The notes under the pieces are model-generated. The model saw nothing but the letters and a program-made list of their open reading frames with translations. It was not told where the DNA came from and searched no databases. 64,000 nucleotides of DNA from an uncultured Candidatus Actinomarina sp. (lineage in GTDB: Bacteria > Actinomycetota > Acidimicrobiia > Actinomarinales > Actinomarinaceae): NCBI GenBank assembly GCA_902510965.1, contig CABXDM010000002.1:7120-71119 (forward strand), written 5' to 3'. Shown here in pieces: positions 1 to 7,580 of the stretch. The translations under genes and the position numbers were made by a program. How positions within the stretch are numbered: position 1 is the stretch's first letter; each line of letters opens with the position of its first letter.

Positions 1-1784
1 TACTTTTAAACTTTTTGCTATTTTGTATCTTAGAGATTGCATTGTTTATTGATGATTTTTCTATAAGTTATGTAGCCAATTATTCCGCAAAGAGTACACC
101 TCCCGTTTACAAATTTGCTTCTTTATGGGGTTCCTTAGATGGCTCCATTCTCCTGTGGAATCTAGTTCTTGGAGCCTATTTTTTGATATACATAAAATAT
201 TATAAAAAAACTACCAATAGTGCAGACATTAAAATATTTACAACAATCATCATCTTTTTTACAAGCTACACGATATTTAGTTCGTCTCCATTTGCAGGTT
301 GTATTGAATTAGCTTCAGTAGGTTGTCAGTCTTCATCACTACTGCCCTTTCAAGATCTAGTTTCTTCACTGGAAGGAAGAGGTCCTAACCCACTTCTACA
401 GAATCATCCCCTGATGGCAATTCACCCACCAATTTTATATTTTGGATATATCGGCTTAGTTTTGCCTTTTGTAATTACTACAAGTTATTTTTTTAGAAAA
501 GATACTTCAAGTAATTGGGTCCAACTAGCCTCTAACTCAACTTTTTATCCATGGTTATTCTTAACTGCTGGAATAACACTTGGTGCAGCTTGGTCATATG
601 AAGTGCTGGGATGGGGTGGATATTGGGCTTGGGATCCAGTAGAAAATGTTTCTTTCATTCCGTGGCTTCTTGCTACCGCCTTTCTTCACTCTTCTAAGAC
701 ACAGATAAATGAATCTACTCTCTTAAATTGGAATTACTTCCTTGGTGGTTTAATGTTTTTATCAACAATATTTGGTACATTTATTACTCGCTCAGGAGTA
801 TTGATTTCGGTTCATGCTTTTTCTAATGGAAATATAGGTGTTTTTCTTCTTTCTGGATTAGCCTTTTTTACATTATTTTTTGTATACTCCGGATCTAAAA
901 ATATTAAATATTTTGCAACATCAAAAAAAATTAAATATATTTTTGGAAAATCTTCATTTTTTATAGCTAATAACATCCTACTTTTTGTGTCTGCATTAAT
1001 TGTTTTTATTGGAACCATTTATCCGATATTTTATGAAACTTTGTATCAAAGACAGCTGACGATTGGAAGAACCTTTTTTGATATCTTAATTGGTCCTATT
1101 TTAATTATGTTAATTTTTCTAATGATATTCTCGACAAAAATTACCGTAAAGAATATTAACTTTAATAAGTGGCTCCAAACTAATCTTAAAATTATCAACT
1201 CATCATTAATATTGACTATTTGTTTCTCTTATGTATACCAACTAAATTATTTAAGTATATTGACTCTGTTTGGATCAACTATGCTTGTTATCACAATTCT
1301 TTTAAATCTCGTTCAAAAGAAAACATTACATAAGATTAAGGGTTCTTACTGGTCCGGACAAATTGCACATTTAGGGATTGGTCTTTTTGCTGTAGGTTTA
1401 TTACTAAATGTAAGTCAAAGCTACTCTGACGAATTTATAACTAGTGAAGGTTCAATAATAACTTTCGGAAATAATAATTACATGATTGAAAAATCCTATG
1501 AGGTTAGAAGAGATGAAAAAGATGTTATAAATTTACCAATAAAGTCTAATGATAAATATAAAAATGCATCTTTGAATATATTTAGAAATTCATCTCAACA
1601 GGCAATAAGTTCACCAGCAATATTTCGCGATTTAGAATCTGACACCTACGTGACTATTAAATTTATTGATGCGAATAACTATAAATTAATATTTAGAAAA
1701 AATTATGGAATATTAATTATGTGGATGGGGTTAGCTCTAAGCACTCTCTCTGTAATTCCAAGAATTAGGGCAAATGAAAAATAG
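1..1784 (+). CDS. ccmF: Cytochrome c-type biogenesis protein CcmF (heme lyase subunit), 5'-partial at window edge
   Basis: Polytopic membrane protein carrying the Trp-rich WWD motif 'WAWDPVENVSFIPWL', which is diagnostic of CcmF/CcsA heme-handling proteins. Followed by ccmH and ccmG. The ORF runs to the window start, so the N-terminus is likely outside the window. Confidence 0.8.
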   Translation, partial: LLNFLLFCILEIALFIDDFSISYVANYSAKSTPPVYKFASLWGSLDGSILLWNLVLGAYFLIYIKYYKKTTNSADIKIFTTIIIFFTSYTIFSSSPFAGCIELASVGCQSSSLLPFQDLVSSLEGRGPNPLLQNHPLMAIHPPILYFGYIGLVLPFVITTSYFFRKDTSSNWVQLASNSTFYPWLFLTAGITLGAAWSYEVLGWGGYWAWDPVENVSFIPWLLATAFLHSSKTQINESTLLNWNYFLGGLMFLSTIFGTFITRSGVLISVHAFSNGNIGVFLLSGLAFFTLFFVYSGSKNIKYFATSKKIKYIFGKSSFFIANNILLFVSALIVFIGTIYPIFYETLYQRQLTIGRTFFDILIGPILIMLIFLMIFSTKITVKNINFNKWLQTNLKIINSSLILTICFSYVYQLNYLSILTLFGSTMLVITILLNLVQKKTLHKIKGSYWSGQIAHLGIGLFAVGLLLNVSQSYSDEFITSEGSIITFGNNNYMIEKSYEVRRDEKDVINLPIKSNDKYKNASLNIFRNSSQQAISSPAIFRDLESDTYVTIKFIDANNYKLIFRKNYGILIMWMGLALSTLSVIPRIRANEK

Positions 1785-2127
1785 ATACACTCTTGGAATA
1801 CTATTGATAGTTTTGCTGCTACTTCCAAATCTTTATGAAGATGCTGACTCAAGGTTTGAGTCTTGGAGTAAAAATTTACTATGCCCAGTATGCCAAGGTG
1901 AGACTATTTTTGACTCCCCATCGGAATATGCAGATGATATGCGATCAATCCTAAGGGAACAAATAGATAAAAATTTATCGGATGATGAAATCTATACTTA
2001 CTGGGTATCAAGATTTGGTGAAAGAATAATTACCAATCCTCAAAACAGAAATTTTGAAATAATTCTTATACCCCTAATATTATCAATATTTTTTATAGCT
2101 ATCTTTATAAAGAAGGTTCTTAAATGA
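1774..2127 (+). CDS. ccmH: Cytochrome c maturation thiol-disulfide protein CcmH (CycL)
   Basis: 117 aa with an N-terminal signal/TM segment, the 'LLCPVCQGETI' (LRCxxC-type) CcmH motif, and a C-terminal TM anchor. Overlaps the ccmF stop. Confidence 0.7.
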   Translation: MKNRYTLGILLIVLLLLPNLYEDADSRFESWSKNLLCPVCQGETIFDSPSEYADDMRSILREQIDKNLSDDEIYTYWVSRFGERIITNPQNRNFEIILIPLILSIFFIAIFIKKVLK

Positions 2128-2654
2128 ACAAATGGGTATTTTCGTTAGTAGCGACCTTCGGTGTCTTTTTAATAATATTTATAAATCTAAACAACAATTC
2201 AGAATCATCAATTAGAACAAACACTGAACTTGATAATGTTACGAATGAAGAAATGGAAATTGTTGTAGCAGATAATCCTGATATATTTGCTATGAGGATT
2301 GCTCTAGCAAATAGGTATTTTGATGAAGTTAACTATTCAAAAGCACTACCCCACTTTATGTATGTCGCTGAAAATAGTGATGAGATTGAACTCAAAAGTT
2401 ATGCTCTAGCCCAAATAGGTTGGATGGTCTACGAGTCAGGAAATAAAGAAGTTGCTATAAATTACTTCGATGAATCTCTGTCTATTAATCCCAATTCTTT
2501 AATCTCTAAATCTTATCTTGGCGTTCTCTATCTTCAGCAAGAAGAAACAGAAGACCTGGGAATGAAGTTAATTACCGATCTACTTCTGCTCGATTCTCTA
2601 AGTGATGAAGATAGAAATTTTTTAAAAGAGATAGTATCAACCTATGAAAATTAA
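2124..2654 (+). CDS. CcmI/CycH-like TPR-repeat membrane protein
   Basis: 176 aa with an N-terminal TM helix followed by TPR-like repeats ('YSKALPHFMYVAEN...', 'SYALAQIGWMVYESGNKEVAINYFDESLSINPNS'). Sits between ccmH and ccmG, the position of the bipartite CcmH/CcmI partner. ATGA-type overlap with the ccmH stop. Confidence 0.45.
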   Translation: MNKWVFSLVATFGVFLIIFINLNNNSESSIRTNTELDNVTNEEMEIVVADNPDIFAMRIALANRYFDEVNYSKALPHFMYVAENSDEIELKSYALAQIGWMVYESGNKEVAINYFDESLSINPNSLISKSYLGVLYLQQEETEDLGMKLITDLLLLDSLSDEDRNFLKEIVSTYEN

Positions 2655-2774
2655 ATTTTTAATCTTTTTTTACTACTTACTTTTTGCTCCAAGTCAGAAA
2701 TTACATCAGAAAGTATTGAAATCCAGGATTTTCAAATTCAAGAACTTACCTATTTAGAATCAAATAAAAATGCT

Positions 2775-3119
2775 GTGTTAGATAGTGAATTTTTAATTAT
2801 TAACTACTGGGCATCTTGGTGTTTGGAGTGTATTGAAGAACATGATCTAATAATTTCACTTAACGAGATTAAATCTTTTGAGGGAAAGGTAGTACTAATT
2901 AGTTTTCAAGATAATACTTCTAACTCAAAGGAATTCCTTAGTAAATATGGATATGGCAATTTAATTTATTTAACTGATTTTAAAAGTAAGTTTGCCATTA
3001 ATTCTGGAGTGTTTGGGGTTCCTGAAACACATATTATTCAAAATGGAGTAATTATCAGAAAGTATCTAGGACCACTATCTTTTGGGGATGTTGAAGAAAT
3101 AATATTTTTATATTCATAA
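2775..3119 (+). CDS. ccmG: Thiol:disulfide interchange protein CcmG/DsbE (TlpA/ResA-like thioredoxin domain); start/anchor anomalous
   Basis: Thioredoxin fold with 'WASWCLEC' (WCxxC) and 'GVFGVPETHII...NGVIIRKYLGPL', matching the CcmG 'GVxGxPET' signature. The called start is GTG. The same frame is open back to 2655. The expected N-terminal TM anchor (MKIKFLIFFYYLLFAPSQK, from ATG 2644) is in the +1 frame (see findings). Confidence 0.65.
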   Translation: MLDSEFLIINYWASWCLECIEEHDLIISLNEIKSFEGKVVLISFQDNTSNSKEFLSKYGYGNLIYLTDFKSKFAINSGVFGVPETHIIQNGVIIRKYLGPLSFGDVEEIIFLYS

Positions 3120-3144
3120 GTAATAAATATTTGACTAAAGTTAT

Positions 3145-3478
3145 TTTTGAGATGGATAATCGCGATTTATCGAGGAAAGTCCGGACACTATAGAGCAGAG
3201 AGCTGGGTAACTCCCAGGCAAGTAATTGACGGAAAGTGCAACAGAAAATATACCGCTTACGTAAGTAAGTAAGGGTGAAAAGGTAGTGTAAGAGACTACC
3301 AGTAATTTAAGTAATTAAATTAGCTTGTAAACCCCTCTCAGTGCAATATCAAGAAGCAATTAGCTTGCTCGGCTAATAATTGCGGGTAGATAGCTAGATG
3401 TATTTGGTAACAAATATACAAGATGGATGATTATCTTACATTAATTTGTAAACAGAATCCGGCTTACAATCTCAAAAA
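3145..3478 (+). ncRNA. rnpB: RNase P RNA (bacterial type A)
   Basis: Conserved 'GAGGAAAGTCCGGAC' (P4 5' strand) near the 5' end and 'ACAGAATCCGGCTTA' (P4 3' strand) near the 3' end. The P1 helix forms from 5' UUUUGAGAU (3145-3153) pairing with AUCUCAAAA (3469-3477). Length is ~334 nt. Lies between ccmG and the LLM gene. Confidence 0.85.
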
Positions 3479-3481
3479 CCA

Positions 3482-3506
3482 GGGTGTCTCTTTTAGAGGC
3501 ACCCAC
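3482..3506 (+). terminator. Hairpin immediately 3' of rnpB (putative terminator / processing stem)
   Basis: GGGTGTCTC-tttta-GAGGCACCC forms a 9-bp stem with one G-U pair directly after the P1 3' strand. The downstream sequence is A/T-rich but has no clean U-tract. Confidence 0.35.
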
Positions 3507-3533
3507 CTAAAATTAATTATTTGTTAACCTAAT

Positions 3534-4517
3534 GTGATGACAAAATTTGCATATTTTTTAGGATCAGAACAGTGGCAACCAGAAATATTAATTGACCATG
3601 CAAAGCTAGCACAAGAAGTTGGTTTTGATATGGTGACAATATCGGAACATTTTCACCCATGGGTTGACGATTATTCGGCGTCAAACTTCACATGGTCTAC
3701 ATTGGGTGCTTTAGCTAATAGCACCCCTGAATTAGACTTAGGTACTGGAGTAACCACACCACTATGGAGAATGCATCCAGGAGTTGTTGCACAAGCTTCT
3801 GCAACAGTCGACAGATTATCTCATTCAACTTTTCATCTAGGAGTAGGCACAGGTGAAAATATGAACGAAGGACCATTAGGTTATAATTTTCCAAAATATG
3901 ATGAAAGAGCTTCAAGAATGAGAGAGGCCTTAACTATTATTAGGAGACTACTAAATGGTGAAAAACTTAACTTTGAGGGTGAATTCTATAACACTAAGGG
4001 TGCAAAATTATACTCCCCTCCCTTAAAAGAAGTTCCAATTTGGCTTGCTGCTGGTGGTCCAAAGTCTTCTCATCTTGCTGCTGAGTATGCTGATGGACTT
4101 ATGATTAGTGTAAAAGATCCAGAAGATGCATATGAAAGAGTTATCAATCAAGCAAAAATAAAAACTGAAGAACTTGGAAAATCCGATCTAAGAATTCACA
4201 CATATAGATGGACAATGTTTGCAGATAATGATGAGGATGCATGGGAATCTTTGAAATCATGGAGAGGACTAAGGGCACCAAATAGACTTCAAGAAATTGA
4301 TCCACAAGCTCTCAGAGAGCAGGCTGATGCATTACCAAAAGAAGAAATCATGTCCAAATTTTCTCGAGCAGGAAGTGTAGAAGAATTAATTGATATATAT
4401 GCACCTCTTGTAAATGATTTTGGTTCAGAAATAGTTACTATACAAATATCGTCCGTTAATCAAGAAGAGACAATTAAATTGCTTGGCAAAGAATTATTGC
4501 CAAGGCTAAAGAATTAA
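3534..4517 (+). CDS. LLM-class (luciferase-like) F420-dependent oxidoreductase, Fgd-like
   Basis: N-terminal 'FAYFLGSEQWQPEILIDHAKLAQEVGFDMVTISEHFHPW' and 'LGVGTGENMNEGPLGYNF' match the F420-dependent glucose-6-phosphate dehydrogenase/LLM subfamily pattern (SDHFxPW), from memory of the family. TIM-barrel size is 327 aa. Confidence 0.6.
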   Translation: MMTKFAYFLGSEQWQPEILIDHAKLAQEVGFDMVTISEHFHPWVDDYSASNFTWSTLGALANSTPELDLGTGVTTPLWRMHPGVVAQASATVDRLSHSTFHLGVGTGENMNEGPLGYNFPKYDERASRMREALTIIRRLLNGEKLNFEGEFYNTKGAKLYSPPLKEVPIWLAAGGPKSSHLAAEYADGLMISVKDPEDAYERVINQAKIKTEELGKSDLRIHTYRWTMFADNDEDAWESLKSWRGLRAPNRLQEIDPQALREQADALPKEEIMSKFSRAGSVEELIDIYAPLVNDFGSEIVTIQISSVNQEETIKLLGKELLPRLKN

Positions 4518-4518
4518 A

Positions 4519-5250
4519 TTGTTACCATTATTTATAATTGGATCAATTGGTGGTTTTCTTTCTGGAGTATTAGGTATTGGTGGAGGTGTTGTATTCGTCC
4601 CTCTCCTAACTTACTTTACAGACCAAGATTTTAAAATAAATACAGGAATTTCATCAATGGCTGTAGTGTTCGTTGCTACAACAAGCAGTATTACTTATAT
4701 CTCGAATGGTCAGTCATTTTCTATTTATATTTTATATTTAATTTTTGGTGGAATACTGGGTGGCTATCTTGGAAGTAAACTTACATTTCAATTAGATACA
4801 AAGACATTGCAAAGAATATTTGCAATGTTACTTTTAGTTGTGTCTTATAGGATGATGTCTACGTCAGGCTACTCTTCACAATATGAGGAGAATATTTTCT
4901 TATACTTACTTATAGGTGTATTTTCTGGAATACTATCAGGTCTACTCGGTATCGGTGGAGGAATAGTAAGGATTCCTTTGTTAATCTTTTTTGGTGGTTT
5001 AGGAAATTTACCTGCACAGGGCTTTTCATTAATAGCAACTGTTCCCACTGCTCTTACGGCAGCCTATACAAAACTAAAAAATGATCGAGAATTCGCAAAA
5101 AGGGGTAGTATTGTTGGAATTTCTGGCATATTGGGATCGGTGCTCGGAGGTAATTTAGCATTTGAATTACCACAGGAATTTCTGAACACATCATTCGCAA
5201 TATTTTTATTATTGGTGAGCATTAATATGCTCGTTAAAACTTCTAGATAA
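4519..5250 (+). CDS. TauE/SafE (TSUP) family sulfite/anion exporter
   Basis: 243-aa polytopic protein with the duplicated 'GIGGGVVFVPLL' / 'GIGGGIVRIPLL' motifs typical of TSUP/TauE permeases. Has a TTG start directly after the LLM stop. Confidence 0.7.
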   Translation: MLPLFIIGSIGGFLSGVLGIGGGVVFVPLLTYFTDQDFKINTGISSMAVVFVATTSSITYISNGQSFSIYILYLIFGGILGGYLGSKLTFQLDTKTLQRIFAMLLLVVSYRMMSTSGYSSQYEENIFLYLLIGVFSGILSGLLGIGGGIVRIPLLIFFGGLGNLPAQGFSLIATVPTALTAAYTKLKNDREFAKRGSIVGISGILGSVLGGNLAFELPQEFLNTSFAIFLLLVSINMLVKTSR

Positions 5251-5701
5251 TTCCACTTCTTATAAAAGTTTTTAATGAGTTATCTTTCATTTTGTAAATG
5301 ACATATGCGAGACCTACAATTTCCTGAATGATAATTAACGTAATGCTCTTGTTGAAAATTTCATTACTTTCAAAAGGAAGAGGAAATAAAAAAGTAGATT
5401 GATCTAGCCACATGAAATCTAAAAACAAATGTAAGTAAGTGCCTATTGAAAATAGTAATAAGTTCTTTCTAGTTTTCGTACCTCTCTTAGTTAGCAGCAT
5501 TATCAAAAACATAGTGAAAACTGAGAGCAATAATGAATGCGTTACAAATTTTTGGTCTTTACCAACAGGTTGGACAGCCAAAAGAATATCCATAATATCT
5601 AAAATCAAAAGACCTACAATCAAAAACCTTAAGTCAGCATTCTTATCTTTAAAAATATATTTAAAAATGATAACTCCAACACCAATAAACCAAAAAAACA
5701 T
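5243..5701 (-). CDS. Membrane-bound metal-dependent hydrolase-like protein (DUF457/YdjM-like)
   Basis: 152-aa protein with 4 predicted TM helices and conserved His/Asp residues ('THSLLLS', 'YLHLFLDFMW'). Weak family-level call. Confidence 0.35.
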   Translation of the reverse strand: MFFWFIGVGVIIFKYIFKDKNADLRFLIVGLLILDIMDILLAVQPVGKDQKFVTHSLLLSVFTMFLIMLLTKRGTKTRKNLLLFSIGTYLHLFLDFMWLDQSTFLFPLPFESNEIFNKSITLIIIQEIVGLAYVIYKMKDNSLKTFIRSGII

Positions 5702-6093
5702 TATTTATCCAGTGCTAGGTTAGCTAGTTCATCTGCTCTTTTATTGTTTTCTCTGTACACATGCTCTATTGTAAAATTTTCTATTTTAAAAATTAAGGCT
5801 TTTGCACGCCCATGTAATTCCCTTAGATGCTCTGACTTTACTTTAAAATTACCAACTATTTGTTCTACCACTAGTTTTGAGTCTAGATAAAACCTAGCTG
5901 ATTGAATATTGTTATCATTACAGTATTGTAAACCGTCGATTAAAGCCTGATATTCGGCCACATTATTAGTAGCTATTCCTATTTTTCTAGAAATAACTTT
6001 AATTTCAATATTCTCATGACTAATAGAAACTCCCACTGAAGCTTCTCCTGGATTAGATCTTGAAGCACCATCACAATATATATCTAGTATCAA
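5701..6093 (-). CDS. rnhA: Ribonuclease HI
   Basis: 'LDIYCDGASRSNPGEASVGV', 'VAEYQALIDGL' and 'RENNKRADELAN' match the RNase H type-1 catalytic DEDD core. Sits in the actinobacterial-type nif3–COG1579–rnhA operon. Confidence 0.8.
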   Translation of the reverse strand: MILDIYCDGASRSNPGEASVGVSISHENIEIKVISRKIGIATNNVAEYQALIDGLQYCNDNNIQSARFYLDSKLVVEQIVGNFKVKSEHLRELHGRAKALIFKIENFTIEHVYRENNKRADELANLALDK

Positions 6094-6800
6094 ACTAGAA
6101 CACCATCACAATAAGGGCACTGCTGAAACTCTGTTGCAGATATCGCATCTAATTCACTAGTAGTTAAATCTACACCGCAACAGCCACACTGATTATTTTC
6201 AAGTTTATAAGCAGCCACGACATCTACTCCTCTAGTTTTTAGTTCATCGTAAAGCTCTTGTATTTTCAATGGAAAGTTAGTAAGAAATTCCTTTTTTTCT
6301 AATTCGTATAAACTAAGTTTTTTATCAATAACCATCCATTCATCTTTAACTAATTTAGAAGTATTTATTAAATCATCCTTAACATCACTTAATGATTCAT
6401 TTAATAACTGCATTTCCTTAATTTCATCTTCATTATTCCTATCATGAATAATTTTTTTCTTTTCTAATTGAGATACTTGTGATTGACTTGACTCTTTCTG
6501 TTTTGTATAGTTCAAAAGTTCGTTTGCTTCTAAAGATTTATCTTCAAGTTTAATATTTATGCTGGAAATCTTTTGAAGAATAGAGTTACTAGTTTTTGAA
6601 ATTTCTTCAATATCTTTAAAGTAACTAGCCATAATATTCTTTTGTGTTTCAATTTTTTTATTTACTTCATTAAACTCAGACTCTAAAGCCATTAATCGCT
6701 CAACATTTTCACTGCCCTTTTTATCAACTTCGAGTTTGTATATCTTGTTATCAATATCTTGAAGCTCTATAAGATTACTAAGTAAAAATGGTTCATTCAT
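6090..6800 (-). CDS. COG1579-type coiled-coil protein with C-terminal C4 zinc ribbon
   Basis: Long coiled-coil region followed by 'CGCCGVDL...CPYCDGVLV' (CxxC...CxxC). Conserved neighbour of rnhA and nif3. Confidence 0.65.
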   Translation of the reverse strand: MNEPFLLSNLIELQDIDNKIYKLEVDKKGSENVERLMALESEFNEVNKKIETQKNIMASYFKDIEEISKTSNSILQKISSINIKLEDKSLEANELLNYTKQKESSQSQVSQLEKKKIIHDRNNEDEIKEMQLLNESLSDVKDDLINTSKLVKDEWMVIDKKLSLYELEKKEFLTNFPLKIQELYDELKTRGVDVVAAYKLENNQCGCCGVDLTTSELDAISATEFQQCPYCDGVLV

Positions 6801-7557
6801 AATATTTGTTGTATAAATATTTTATGTTTATTTTTAGAACTTTGTTTAGTTTGTCAGTAAAAGCTTGCATGCCAGGTTTCTCTGTAGATATATGATTTAA
6901 TTGAATGAATCCCATGTTGTATTCATCCGTCAGTAAGAAATGATGGTGTGAAGCATCCCCAGTTATAAAGACGTCTGTTTTTCCTAATATTTCATCTAAG
7001 AATTGTGTGCCTGAACCCGGAACAAAAGCAATTTTTTCAATATTCTTAAGTTTATGATACTGGCTGTTTGTTCTAACAATTTTTGTAGAAAGTTCATTTT
7101 CTATTAGCGCGCTTAGGGAATTTGGATCATGATTTTCAATTCTGCCAATTTTTCCAACTCCTATTCCTGGTGAGGTTTCTCCAAAGATTTGAACATCTGT
7201 TAGATTAAAAATTTTTGTTAAAGTGTCACCATTTCCACCTATGCAAACATCTTGAGCAGTGTGTATCGATATGACATTGATATTTTCTTTGTAATAATCA
7301 AGGGACAACTTTGAAAGCATTAAATCTTCATTAAGATCATCAAATTTTTTATATGTTGCTGGATGGTATGAAATGACTGTATTTATATTATTTTCTTTAC
7401 AGTAATCAAGTGTAGATTTTTCTAAATCATGACTAACAACTATTCCAGAAACATCGTTTGTCCCAGATCCAATAAGTAAACCTACTTTATCATCATCAAA
7501 TGCATCCTTTAAAGGACAGATTTTGTTAACTACATCGAGTAAATCAAATACTTTCAC
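6793..7557 (-). CDS. Nif3-family dinuclear metal-centre protein (GTP cyclohydrolase 1 type 2 homolog)
   Basis: 254 aa with 'ISYHPATYKKF', 'ISIHTAQD' and 'FITGDASHHHFL', matching His-rich NIF3 metal-binding motifs. Overlaps the downstream COG1579 gene. Confidence 0.7.
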   Translation of the reverse strand: MKVFDLLDVVNKICPLKDAFDDDKVGLLIGSGTNDVSGIVVSHDLEKSTLDYCKENNINTVISYHPATYKKFDDLNEDLMLSKLSLDYYKENINVISIHTAQDVCIGGNGDTLTKIFNLTDVQIFGETSPGIGVGKIGRIENHDPNSLSALIENELSTKIVRTNSQYHKLKNIEKIAFVPGSGTQFLDEILGKTDVFITGDASHHHFLLTDEYNMGFIQLNHISTEKPGMQAFTDKLNKVLKINIKYLYNKYYE

Positions 7558-7580
7558 TCAATTAATAGTAATAACCAAAT

